From Azolla caroliniana (taxonomy: Eukaryota; Plantae; Polypodiophyta), in NCBI GenBank assembly GCA_043228905.1, contig JBHGNT010000004.1, positions 19,344,001 to 19,408,000 of the forward strand: a stretch of DNA of 64,000 nt, read 5' to 3'. The notes beneath the pieces are model-generated. The model was not told where the DNA came from, searched no databases, and saw nothing but the letters and a program-made list of their open reading frames with translations. Position numbers and translations under genes: made by a program. How positions within the stretch are numbered: position 1 is the stretch's first letter; each line of letters begins with the position of its first letter. Shown one piece after another: positions 1 through 11,851 of this stretch.

Positions 1-2440
1 TAATGTATATATGTACAAATGTATAGAGCACCCACATGAGCTTCTTATTGCATTGAATAACCAAGCTTTCATTCAAAAATCGAAGATTCTTATACATACA
101 TATATGTATATATGTATAGAGACATCTTCTCATTGTTCTTTGCTCCTAACTCTTTTCACATATTCTTTCCAAATAATCCATTGATTTTATGCTATGTAAC
201 ATGTAATGCACGATCGTATAAAACTTCTAATGGGCGCCCTAGCAATTAGAATTGATAAGACGGGAGCTGCAATGTAATTGCATTTGGTCAAGACTACATG
301 TTTGGATGGTTGGGTGGGAAATCAATGCCGACATCTCTCTCAAATGTGAGCTTACACATCAAAGAAAAGGCCTTGCACGTTAGAAGACATTGGATATGAT
401 GATATTCTTTGACAATGTTTGTTGCTATCCTTTTAGTAAACCTACAATCTTACTGATTAGTTGAAATCATAGATGTGTGTTATTAACATAAAAGGTTGGT
501 ATCAAATTCTTCATAGACAAATAAAACAATCAAGTGATGTGGAGAGATATGAACAGCTCGCCTCAAGCCACAAATTCATCTTTTCTCAATGAGAAATTCA
601 TCAAGAAGAGTGAGGTCTCCACACATTAAATCCTTTATTTGATTATAGCTTAACCAAAATATCTATTAGATCCTTAATTCTCTAGTATTCCTCTTGTTTC
701 ACCTACCCTTGGAATCATCACCTCATACGACATTTCCGGAATTCAAACATTTGGAGTGTTACACAATCAAAAAACATTCATAGTAATGTCATTTTCATCT
801 AAATAGTACCAATTGCATGGGTTTATGGAAAGCAAAGGATATAAAAAACTCTAGAACAATTCTAATTCTTTAAATTTGTAATAGTATTTCCACAACCTAG
901 AAAGTCACTTTTTTTGCTTGCCCTTAAATTTTGATGATCTCCCTAGCTAAGGGGTTTATGAATTTGAAGGGTGTTGAGGAAGCTGATGATAATGTCTTTT
1001 GGTAACAACGTAGCAAAAGAAGATCATAAGAGAAGAGAGAAAGAGAATGACTGCCTCAACAAGGAGGGAGAACTCGAGGTCTGATACACAATTTCATTTA
1101 TGTGTATGTAGAAAGGTCATGCATTGTCATACCTAAGCATTCCCTCCCCCAACTAAAAGTGAAGTTTATAAAATCTTGCCATATGATTACACATAACTTC
1201 AAGTTATTTAACTCATTCTAATTTCTAGTGAATGCATTTCTTTATATTTTCTTTGAATAGGAATGATTCGATTTCCTTCTCACTTCCAAACTCTTATCCT
1301 ATTTGGTCTTTTAACTTTTGATTTCTTTCGTCTTAGTCAACCATAACACAAATTTATATTCATGGCAAGCCGGCAAAATTTACGCCTTTTTCATAGAGTG
1401 TCTCTTTCCTTTTTTTGTTTGGATAACAAATTTTTTAAAGTATGCTTTTTATTGCATGATAATGTGTAACTTACATCATTTGTTTATGTCGTCTTCTTCC
1501 CGAGCATCATGTGTCTCTTATGTCTTATTTTGCATAATATTCAATTACACAACCATATTAGGTAGACATTTAGAAAACCACTTTGTGACTAGCACAAGTT
1601 TCAAATTTGTTAACACAAGATTAAACCTTCCCTTGATATGGATATGTACAACCATTCAAGAATTGAAAGCTTCAAATTTTCTTGAATGGGATTGGTGACA
1701 ATGAATTTCAATTGGTATATATTATGGATATATTTTGGATCTATAATATGGATATATTTTGGAAGCTGGATTGATGAGAGTGCCTGATTAATACAAAGAG
1801 AAAATAATTGAATTTCAACATTGGTTGATGGTGCCATAAAATTTGAATGTAATTTGTGTCACTCATGGATATGCACATGTATTCGGTTGCATCTTGACAA
1901 TTGTGGTAAAGCATCATATACCTTTGTGATAATACAAAAACAAATGCCATCTCTCAACATAGGGTACACATTATGTACCATTGTTAGGTTGATCCCTTGA
2001 TAATCGCCACATTCCCTTCAATTCTGAACGAAAGCAAGAAGAAACCTTTATACTATGCTTACATGTGAGAAATACTGTAGGTGATCAAACCCTTCTATTA
2101 TTGCATAAAAGAAAGCCTATATGATAGGCTAAGAGTGAAGGAATGTTAAGTTATGGTCATCACCTTGAAAGAATTCCACTAAGTTGTTTTCTTTGTTTGC
2201 TCTCTTGAGAACAGAAATTTGTTGATCGAATCAGCAAGTCTTGCATTCCCAATGAACGATTCCCTTTAGCTGAATGACCTCCACCCTTTGCTTTGATGGG
2301 TTGTTTGTTTAGATTAGAGATAAGGGGGAGAGCAAAGAAAGTATAAAGAAACCTAAAGGGAGATGAAAGAGAGTAAAGTATATACATATAGTGATCTTAA
2401 AAAAAATGATGCAATTTCATTCACCCCGAAAGACCTTTCT

Positions 2441-4549
2441 TCATTTAGACACAATTTGTGCCTCAGCATAAATATTCGACATAGATACATATGCAGTGGC
2501 TTGCATCGGTTCGAGACTCACTACATGCTCGAACATTTCTCTTGCAAGTTCCACATTTCCATGCATTCGACACGAACCTAGCAAAAACAAGCACATGCTC
2601 AAGTCCACCTTACATGACATCCTATGCACAACATCTTCCACCCTTTTGAAATCTCCGGCACGTCCAAGAAGGTCGGCAACACACACATAGTGTCTTGAAT
2701 CGGGAGATATGTCATGATCTTCGGTCATCGAAACAAAGTAATGTATCCCAATTGAGACTCGGCCGGCATGGTTACATGCCGACATCACCGAGGCAAATGT
2801 TATACCATCGGGTTTGATTCCTACACAGTGACCTTGGGCGAACATTTGCACAATTTCTCCATAGTTCCCTTCACCTGCATAGCCGGCTAAGCATGCATTC
2901 ATTGAAACACTATCTAGATTTGGCATCCCATCATGAACTGAACTTGCATCTACCATGCTTCCTGAGCCACCATACCCATGTATGAGGGCACTCCGTAGAA
3001 ATACATCATCATCATGATGCATTGATATGATGGCAAAATGTATGCTATAGCAAGTATTGAGGCTACCCATTTCATTGCAAGCTTGTAGGATACATATCAA
3101 TGAAGTAACATCTAGAGTGACCTCCTCCTTCTCCATTTGTTTATAGAGAGTTAATACTTTCTCTTTTTGTGCTTGATCGATGTATGCCGAAAGCATAGCG
3201 TTCCATGGAATACTGGCATCACCCCCCGCCTTGGACAATAGTGTGAACACTTCTTCTGCTTTCGCGATTTCCCCGATCTTACCATACAGACTAATAAGAG
3301 TAGTTCCAACAAAGGTGTCAGAAGAGAAACCATGGAGATGAGCATCAGTATGCAATGCTTGCCCAACATCTAACGAGACTTGCCTAGAATTTTCTCTCAA
3401 CAATGCAAAGTTCACACATGCTTGAATAGTCACTGCATACGTTCGTTGATCAGGAATAACTCCTTTGGTTTGCATTAGTCTAAAAAATCGCAAAGCTTGA
3501 TCTCCATAGCCTTGTTCTACGTAGCTCGAAATCATGGCATTCCACAATGATAGGTGATGCTTCGATTGTCCAATGAACACATTCTCGGCCTTCTCAACTG
3601 CACCACATTTTCCATACATACTAACAAGGGTAGTATGAACAAACACATGAGATAAGATATGATTCTTCCGAGCAAATGAATGCAAACCCTCACCAATTTC
3701 CAATATCATACTGCTTTCCTTGTGATCTGACACAAGCATACCACATGCTTGGAGGGCAACAACTATGGTTTGATGGGTAGGTGGATACATACCAATCTCT
3801 TGCATTTGCCTGTACAAAAGCAAGGCTTTCTCTCCTTGTGAGTTATCGACATAAGCAGTGAGCATTGCGTTCCAACATACCACATCATGATCACGACACA
3901 AAGTGGTACTAAACAAATCCTCGGCTTGTCTGATATCCCCACATTTACCATACATGCTCAAGATGGAAGTGACAACAAATAAATCCGCACCAAAACCTCT
4001 AGAGTTAGCTAGGGAGTGCATGCTTTCCCCAGCTTTCACATCCCGGATCGAGCCGATGGCCTTGAAAAGTGTCGAGAAAGTGTACCTATCTGGGTTATGG
4101 CCATCTCGTATCATATGGCGATGTAGGCGGATGGCATCCAGCCCGCGCCCGTTCTCGACAAATCCTGAGATGAGACCTGTCCATGAGAAGACAGTGCGGT
4201 GTGGCAATTGGCCAAAGAGTCGTAAAGCACACGGAAGTGCGCCACATCGCGCCAAAGATAGAACCAGATTCTCGCCGAGGAATGGTGAGATGTGGAGGTT
4301 GTGCCGGGAAAGGTGCGTGTAGAGCCTCTTTGCTTGTGGTTGAGCTTTTTGGTATGTGCATAGTTTAAGTAGAGAGAGGTATATGCGTTGGTCTTGGAGG
4401 GGTTGTCTGCTGGCTTCACTTTCTAGGAGCTCTAGGCATTGTTCAAGGTCCCCTGTTTCTGAGAAGGAGCGGAGCTTTTGAAGTGTGGCATCATGAGGTG
4501 ATGGGTCTGCTCCTCCATGGCTATGGAGTTTGCCACATGCTTTCCTCAT
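2441..4549 (-). CDS. PLS-class pentatricopeptide repeat protein with C-terminal E domain and no DYW; probable organellar RNA-editing specificity factor
   Basis: 702-aa intronless ORF with repeated PPR motifs (WNAMLTAYV, LVSMYGKCG, WNAMISSYV). It ends in E1/E2-type HYVCVADLLGRAG...LLGSCRMHGNVELA...AYVSMSNIYA. Confidence 0.93.
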   Translation of the reverse strand: MRKACGKLHSHGGADPSPHDATLQKLRSFSETGDLEQCLELLESEASRQPLQDQRIYLSLLKLCTYQKAQPQAKRLYTHLSRHNLHISPFLGENLVLSLARCGALPCALRLFGQLPHRTVFSWTGLISGFVENGRGLDAIRLHRHMIRDGHNPDRYTFSTLFKAIGSIRDVKAGESMHSLANSRGFGADLFVVTSILSMYGKCGDIRQAEDLFSTTLCRDHDVVCWNAMLTAYVDNSQGEKALLLYRQMQEIGMYPPTHQTIVVALQACGMLVSDHKESSMILEIGEGLHSFARKNHILSHVFVHTTLVSMYGKCGAVEKAENVFIGQSKHHLSLWNAMISSYVEQGYGDQALRFFRLMQTKGVIPDQRTYAVTIQACVNFALLRENSRQVSLDVGQALHTDAHLHGFSSDTFVGTTLISLYGKIGEIAKAEEVFTLLSKAGGDASIPWNAMLSAYIDQAQKEKVLTLYKQMEKEEVTLDVTSLICILQACNEMGSLNTCYSIHFAIISMHHDDDVFLRSALIHGYGGSGSMVDASSVHDGMPNLDSVSMNACLAGYAGEGNYGEIVQMFAQGHCVGIKPDGITFASVMSACNHAGRVSIGIHYFVSMTEDHDISPDSRHYVCVADLLGRAGDFKRVEDVVHRMSCKVDLSMCLFLLGSCRMHGNVELAREMFEHVVSLEPMQATAYVSMSNIYAEAQIVSK

Positions 4550-4696
4550 AAACTATACTACTGTGTGTGTGTGTGTGTGAGATAGAGAGAGATGAGAGAC
4601 CTTTCGTATTGTGCCAGTGTGCCAGAGGAGCCAGAGTTTTTCTTGTATATGCTCATATATATATTTACTTTATAAATCATAGTCTAATGTCCTCAA

Positions 4697-4769
4697 GCGC
4701 CCGTGGCCTAATGGATAAGGCATTTGACTTCTAATCAAGGGATTGTGGGTTCGAGTCCCACCGGGCGTG
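4697..4769 (+). tRNA. tRNA-Arg(UCU)
   Basis: 73-nt cloverleaf: acceptor GCGCCCG/CGGGCGT, A box TGGCCTAATGG, anticodon arm TTTGA-CT TCT AA-TCAAG, B box GGTTCGAGTCC. Upstream TATAAA and CAA; downstream TTTT terminators. Confidence 0.96.
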
Positions 4770-4848
4770 TCCACGTTTTGCTGCTTTTATGGAAAAAAAC
4801 TCGTTTTTGGTAAACTCTCTTGTAGAAAATCCCACCCTTCCTTTTTAC

Positions 4849-5589
4849 TGGCAATAGGCCTGGTTTCGGCTCAAACCGAAGCGAACCGTTAAACCGTAGC
4901 ATAACGGTTTATTGGTTCAAAGATCAATGTCACAATTCGGTTCGGTTCAGTTGAGCCGAAACGAACTGTTAAACCGTAGCATAACGGTTTATTGGTTCGA
5001 AGATAAATGTCACAATTCGGTTTGGTTTCAAATGTCACAATTCGGTTTGGTTTAGTTTCGAATTTCATGGTTTCGCGGTTTATCGGTTTAGGGTTTATGT
5101 GGTTCTGTTTAAAGGTTAAAAGGTTTATAGGTAAAAAAATACTCCTCAATTATCCCTATAGGCTCTAACTTTCAACTTTTAATTTTAAACCCTAGTTTTA
5201 ACTTTTAAATTTTATATGCATTATATGTAGAGTCTCCTTTTCATTTATGATGATCAAATATGATAAGTATGATGATCAAAATTATGATAAGTATGATGAC
5301 CAAATTTATGATAAGTATGATGACCAAATTTATGGTAAGTATGATGAACAAATTTATGATGATTTTTCTCACACAACTTTATAATAAGTATAATAAGTAT
5401 GATGATCGATACCTATAAAAAATGGTTTGGGGTTTGGTTCTAATTTTTCTGTAAACGGTTTGGTTTAAATGGCTTCATAGCTTTTAAACAGTTTGGTTCA
5501 GTTTTTATCATGAATAAACGGTTTGGTTTGGTTTCCAAGGCACCAAAACTGAACCGAACCGAACCAAAACTGAACCGGGCCCATTGGTA
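4849..5589. mobile_element. Non-autonomous hAT-type DNA transposon (MITE-like)
   Basis: 8-bp TSD CTTTTTAC (4841-4848 and 5590-5597). Degenerate TIRs TGGCAATAGGCCTGGTT / AACCGGGCCCATTGGTA. Dense subterminal AACCG/CGGTT motifs. No transposase. Confidence 0.8.
5247..5410. repeat. ~22-bp tandem repeat (TATGATGAYCAAATTTATGATAAG-like) inside the hAT element
   Basis: About 4-5 adjacent degenerate copies read directly from the sequence. Confidence 0.75.
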
Positions 5590-7283
5590 CTTTTTACCAT
5601 CCTTTTTTATCACCCCTCTTATGGAAATGGCCCCCCATGGCTGTGCAATTTATTTACAGGGTGTGTGCATTCATCGGATACTGCTGAATAGAGTGTTACC
5701 AATCATGATAACAGTTAGTTGATTGTATATATAAACCCTAAATGCATCAATTTCACAAAGGCCTGCCCCCAGCTGAGTGAGTATATTTGTTAATGAAGAA
5801 GCATGGTTTCAAGGTAATGAATAAAATTCCAAGATATCTTTCCAATAACTATAGTGTCATATATAGTGTGTTAACGTAGGACCAAGCATGTCCTTTGGGC
5901 ACACTAATGTCACAGCAGGTTCTTGAATCTGTTCCAACATTAAAGAATGCATCCTTTGCTTCACTCCAATGGCAAAGTGGGCATGCATGTCCATGGTCAC
6001 TAGTGTCACAGCAGCTTATTGAATCTGTTCCAACACCAAAGCATGTAACTTTTGCTTCACTCTGATGGCAAAGAAATGGAAACATAAGGGAAAATGATGC
6101 TTTGTGCTTGAGGAATTTACCAAGATGGTCTAAAAATGTCCAAAAATGGTAGTTCGATGTACCAGTGAACCAATTATGTGTAAGGAAATGTACATTCATT
6201 ATTCCTGCGATAAGTACGTTCCAGATCACCATGCATAGTCTGTCTGATCCATATATCACCTTCCAGAAATCGTTCTGATTGTCTTTAATGCTTTTAGTTG
6301 ATTGATTATAGGAGACCTTTAGGTCGATGTTGTGAAACTAAACTAGCTACTATACTTCTCGATGCCACATCGTGTTGCAGGAACAAGAGAAGTTATTTCC
6401 AAAATGGTCAAAACACCTCTATGATCCCTACGAACTTGACGAGAAGAAAATGGTTTTTCACTAGAAAAAATCAGTCTTATAATGAATTTCCACAACCTAA
6501 TATATATTTGTCAATAGCCACCATATATAAGGGACCATATATAATACTCTTTTAACATATGTTCTTATCAGAGATTGTCGAGAGTTACATTTGATGATAC
6601 ATGAAAGAGAACTCAAGCTTACATATCTTAATGACTAACAAACAAATCATCAAGGAAGGCGAGGTTCAGTTCCAATGCCTTCCTACTATTCTCATAACAA
6701 ATTTGTTTACCATCCTTTGTTTTGTTGTTTAGTAATGACTTATTTTCACTAGTGGGAAACCTCAATATGAGGCTATATACCCCACCAAAAGGAATGTTGA
6801 TCTACAAAATGCCTGTGTGGGCAAAAATGGTGCTAAAATGCACTTACAGAAATTCCGAAAGTTGTCCGTTATGAAAGGTTATATATATAGCCTTCTTGAT
6901 TTGTCTACTCTTCTCATTCAGATATCATGGGGAGGTAAAATGGATGTGGCCACACCAATCCGCTTATTTTCTTTTCTTGTTGGACCATTAGCAATTGTCT
7001 AGCTTCTGCTACCAACTCCCCCATTGGGCTGTCTGACTTTACCGTATCCGATAAGTAGTGTTAATGGTCTTCATCGTGTTGATGAAGCAGAGGTTTCATC
7101 CATCACCATAGTGCTTCCCTGCAAGCAAGCAACTTCCGCCGCATTATCCATAGCTTTTCATCAAGAAGGCCTAGAGTTAGTTTTCCGATAAGATTCAAGT
7201 TACGATTTCAAACAGCGCCTTTCCTTCATGAAGTGGAAGAAGAAGCAGTAAAAAGTGTAAATCGTATCACATGATCGCATGCA

Positions 7284-9293
7284 TTAACAGGATTTTACAC
7301 CCTTTTTTTGGTTCTCATTAAGCATGTTTTCCATTCTCATTGCCTCAATCTGTTCGAAATCCTCTTGCATCCCTGCACATGCATAAATATTACTCATGAT
7401 GACATAAGCAGAGCTATTAGTTTTATCCAGTTGTTTTGCCTTTTCAAAGGCCAATTTCCCAACCTTGACGTTACCCCATTTTTGGGATGCACCCAACAAA
7501 GCACACCAAACTGGGTAATCACACGATGCCATTTTAGTAACTACTTCCAATGCTTTGTCAAATAGCCCTGCTCCACCATATAGATCAACCATGCACGTCT
7601 CATGTTCTATGCTGGGAGTGAAATCATACTTCTCGGTCATATCTTGGAAATACATTTCACCCTCCTCTACTCGGCTGGAATGGACACAAGCCACCAAAAC
7701 AGAAAGAAAAGTTACTGGATCAGGAGAGACACCCTTGGTTTGCATCCGTCTGAAACAAGCCAAAGCTTCCTCACTCTGCCCCCTTTGAGCATACCCCGAG
7801 ATTAATGCATTCCAAGAGACTACATTTTGGATCGGAATCTTATTGAAGATTTCTTGCGCTTTCCCTATTGCCCCACATTTCGTATACATGTCCACCAAAG
7901 CAGTGCTAAGGGTAGTTTCTTTTCCCAGCAATCCCTTGGCAATGATCTCGTCGTGAATTCGTTCTCCTTTCTCAAAAGCTCCGATCATCCCACATGCCTT
8001 CAAGACACAAACAAATGTGATTACATCTGGAGAAATGTGGGCATCTTGCATTCTTTGGAAGTATTGGATCGCTTCCTCACCCTTCCCATGCTGGGAAAAC
8101 CCGGATATCAATGAATTCCATGACACTGTGTCACGAACTCGTACTTCATCAAACACTTTTTGGGCTCTTTCCATCTCACCACATTTGGCATACATATCAA
8201 TCAATGCATTACCGAGCTCAATATTCTCTTCTAACAACAACTGTCTACTCTCTATCTCACAGTGAATTCTTCGCCCCTTATGAAAAGCATTGATGGCGCC
8301 AAGACAAGCTGTCAAAACATTAACAAAAGTGATTGTATTCGGTGAAACACCCTCATTAGGCATCCTTTCAAAGTAATTGATAGCTTCTTGTTCATGTCCA
8401 TGGTGTGAAAACCCTGCAATAAGTGCAGACCAAGAGACTACATTCCTATCCAGAAGCTCATCAAACACTTCCTGAGCCTTCTCTAAAGCTCCACATTTAG
8501 CATACATATCTACCAATGCCGTGGAGAGGACAATGTCTTTCTCGAGCATTCTTGCCTGCCGGATTTCGTTGTGGATCCAATGACCCTTATCGATTGCATG
8601 GGTCTGTCCACATGCCTTCAGAATACATGTGAAAGTGATTGCATTTGGGTGAAGACCATCGTTCAGCATTCGATCAAAACACATCAATGCATCTTCGGCA
8701 TGCCCGTGATTCATATAACCCGATATCAATGCATTCCAAGAGACCACATCATGGATAGGAACCTCATTAAACACTTCTTGAGCTTTCCGAAGATCACCGC
8801 ATTTAGCATACATGTCCATCAAAGAAGTGCCCAAAATTGTGCTTTTCCCCAACATGCCATTATTAACGATCTCAGAATGGATTTGCTGTCCTTTATGAAG
8901 GTAACCCATGCTTCCACATGCTTTCAAGATGCAAATGAATGTGATAGAATCTGGGGAGGTTCCTTCATTTTGCATTCTATAGAAACAATCAAAGGCTTGG
9001 TGGCCTTGCCCTTGATGGGTATATCCGGTGATGAGTTCACACCAAGTGACCGTGTCTCGGGCTGAAAGCTCATGAAGCATTATTTGTGCTTTATCCAATG
9101 AACCACATTTCGCATACATACTCACCAAAGAGCTTCCTAACAGGAAGGGGTTAATTTGCATTAAACCTTTCTTCACTATATCCTCATGTAGAGAAGTACC
9201 TTTCTTTAGGTCTTTCCTCTTAGCATAAGCCTTGAGTAAGGCTACACATTCCTTCAACTCTTGGTTTTGCAGAGGTGGGTGGACTGTGGCCAT
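7284..9293 (-). CDS. PLS-class pentatricopeptide repeat protein with E domain and no DYW
   Basis: 669-aa intronless ORF with regular P-L-S triplets (DVVSWNALISGY, ITFTCILKACG, LVDMYAKCG). C-terminal HETCMVDLYG...WCALLGAS...AYVIMSNIYA. Confidence 0.94.
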   Translation of the reverse strand: MATVHPPLQNQELKECVALLKAYAKRKDLKKGTSLHEDIVKKGLMQINPFLLGSSLVSMYAKCGSLDKAQIMLHELSARDTVTWCELITGYTHQGQGHQAFDCFYRMQNEGTSPDSITFICILKACGSMGYLHKGQQIHSEIVNNGMLGKSTILGTSLMDMYAKCGDLRKAQEVFNEVPIHDVVSWNALISGYMNHGHAEDALMCFDRMLNDGLHPNAITFTCILKACGQTHAIDKGHWIHNEIRQARMLEKDIVLSTALVDMYAKCGALEKAQEVFDELLDRNVVSWSALIAGFSHHGHEQEAINYFERMPNEGVSPNTITFVNVLTACLGAINAFHKGRRIHCEIESRQLLLEENIELGNALIDMYAKCGEMERAQKVFDEVRVRDTVSWNSLISGFSQHGKGEEAIQYFQRMQDAHISPDVITFVCVLKACGMIGAFEKGERIHDEIIAKGLLGKETTLSTALVDMYTKCGAIGKAQEIFNKIPIQNVVSWNALISGYAQRGQSEEALACFRRMQTKGVSPDPVTFLSVLVACVHSSRVEEGEMYFQDMTEKYDFTPSIEHETCMVDLYGGAGLFDKALEVVTKMASCDYPVWCALLGASQKWGNVKVGKLAFEKAKQLDKTNSSAYVIMSNIYACAGMQEDFEQIEAMRMENMLNENQKKGVKSC

Positions 9294-10541
9294 GGTAGAA
9301 CCATGGATTAGCAGACTAATTAAATTTCATCTATTTGCAGACTAATTAACATGGGTTTATGCATTCTGACAAGAGGATTTCTCACAAACATATTTTGTGT
9401 GAAGCAAATCTGTGATGTTTTCATTATTTCTCTGGAAATGCCCCTAAGTAGGCTTTTGTTTTTTTCGTTTATACCCCTGACTATTTACTTGTAGTTGTTA
9501 CTTTCCCAAATGCCCATTGTAGAACTAATGTGGGTATTTGAATGTTGATCAATACTTCTCCTAAATGATAGAAGTTAATGAGCAAATTAAGCTTCTAATT
9601 TGACCAATTTAGGGGAATATGGCTTTCCTAATTGGAGAGCAATCAATAATTTGTCAAAATGATTAGCCTTAGTTTTAATATAAGCACGCCTACCTCTTAA
9701 GCATCTTATGCATGTAAGCACATTACGATAATTTTCCCTTATTTCTATGTAGTGTCATGTTTTCAATTCTAATTGTCACGTTTATATGTTATATTTTCTT
9801 CATGTTACTATCATCATGTCAAGATTATTGAGGCTATCACATACTAGAGGGGTGTATGCTAGATTGCTCACAAATTGATCCGTTCACTTCCTTCATTCTA
9901 TGTGTTAACGCATGATAATGGTCACATTGTCATGTTGTTTTTTTATCCACTTATGGTGCATGCTAGTGTTACATATGTGTTCATCCATTCATTTGCTTTT
10001 ATAGAGTGTTTTAATCCATTCGTTTGCATAATGGTGTGTGTGTGTGTGTGTGTTATTGCACAACAAAGGATTAAAATAGCAAGGGAAAGCCATGTGTGGA
10101 CAAATTCTTTTATCTTGTATGAGATTGTTTAAATATGTAAGTTTTAGACTTCAAAGTCACATGGGTGAAAATACATAAAGTGATTATGATTTTTCCTAGA
10201 ACACCTTTTTACTACATTGTATACCTCGTCTTATGAGGTTTTTGCTTGGCCAAATAATGAAGAAATAAGTAGCTCCATTAGAATTGATATTGGGTCAACA
10301 TTCTAGAAGTAGCAACAATGAGAACTCATACTAATATGCCTTTTAAATGTTGAATATGTCTTTAAAGTTCCTATTGTGGCGTCCCTTTCGTGCAAGTGCA
10401 TGCCTTTTAGCACACCACCCTTTTAGCACGCATGTAACTAAGCCAACCCAAATGGGTACCTTTGTATCTTCTATAAATTGAACAAAAAGTAAGAAGCTAA
10501 GCAAGCTAGTTTTGATTCCTTTTATGTGCATTTCACATAAT

Positions 10542-10558
10542 TGGTGGAGGAGCGGGGT
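10542..10558 (+). promoter_or_regulatory. Primer-binding site of the host element, tRNA-Ala type
   Basis: TGGTGGAGGAGCGGGGT lies 4 nt after the LTR-terminal CA and resembles the complement of the tRNA-Ala 3' end (TGGTGGAGATGCGGGG). Confidence 0.7.
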
Positions 10559-11851
10559 AAAATTTTAGCCACTACCAGTCTACCACCTCGTTCATGGCGT
10601 CCCAATTCCCTCCTATCGCCTCCAAACCCGATAACCCTATGCAGCCTGAGTTCCCACAACCTCATGAGCAACCACCCCCCTTCCAAATGGAGCAACTCTT
10701 GAAAGTCCTCTCCAACACTATGCTTCAAATTAACCACGTGAATCAAGTTATGCTCTCCTTCCTCTCCACCAAGAATGACCGGTCTCAAGATCGGCCAGAT
10801 TCCAAGGTACACCCAAAGTCCTTCTTGAAAATCTCGCGACCACCTGGTACGTACAACAAGCAAGCGAAGTGACAGAGAATTGGGTGATCCTTTGGGATCT
10901 CCTCGTGCAAAACTTCGTCCATCAAAATTCAGCCCAAACGGTGTTGCAATAACTTGAGACATTGCAACAACAAGCACACAAACCAGTGGGCCAATTTGGT
11001 GTTCGCCTAAATAAACTCCTCATTCATGCTGATCCTACCATGCTCGAGCATGTCAAGCTTTTCTTCTCATGGCCCCGTTTGTGCCATGACATCACTCGCC
11101 GCGCCCAAGACCAAGGTCCCAAGACATTCAATGAAGCCATCTTCATTGCCCAACTCATCGACGCTTGTACGTTATTCGACTCCCAACCACGCTACCCCCC
11201 TCCACCATTGACCAACCTGCGAGCCCAATACCAGGGAACGGCCTCCATGGACATTGATGTCCAAAACGTGTAGTTGCAGGCTCACCGCAACCTTCTCAAT
11301 CGTGATGCCCAAGGGTGCCCGAAGTGTCTCTACTGCAACAATTGTGGACACGTCTGATGCCACTACTGGAAATTGCAACAACTGTCTCACAAACAACAAG
11401 CCCAGATAATCATGGTTAACGCAACATCGTTGGCTGAGCTTCTGGGAAACTGACTTCCGTGATGTTGATGGAAGAGCCAACCCCCCATGTCCAAGCGTTT
11501 GCCTCTTCCAGTTTGCAGGTATGCACCGCTCTCACCACCATCAATCACTCCACCCACACCATCTTGTTAGACTCTGGTAGTAGTATCTCTTCCATTAGCA
11601 CTGCCTTAGTTCACTAGTTAGGCCTCCCCACATCCACCGCTCCCTCCATCTAAGTCCTTTTTAGCGATCACCAACATCTATACCACTCTCACATGCAACC
11701 CCACTACACTATCACCTTAGGTAGTCTCACCTTCTCACACCACTTTTATGTCTTGTCCCACCAACTCTTCCCCCTCACCTTAGGTTGCGATTGGTTGCTC
11801 AAGCATCACACTATGTTTGATGTCGATGCCCACAAACCTCTTATCCCACGT

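Noticed and set aside
1-2400. Short ORFs and PBS-like motifs (TGGTATCA at ~498, TCTGATAC at ~1080)
   Set aside because: AT-rich, no recognisable protein motif and no delimitable LTR or TSD; at most an ancient relic.
5247-5410. CRISPR-like appearance of short repeats (also 11975-12180)
   Set aside because: Degenerate tandem repeats inside transposons, no unique spacers and no cas genes, in a eukaryotic context.
5849-7250. 136-aa ORF with an ~96-bp duplicated unit and possible splice signals between the PPR genes
   Set aside because: No domain evidence; exons cannot be defined without transcripts.
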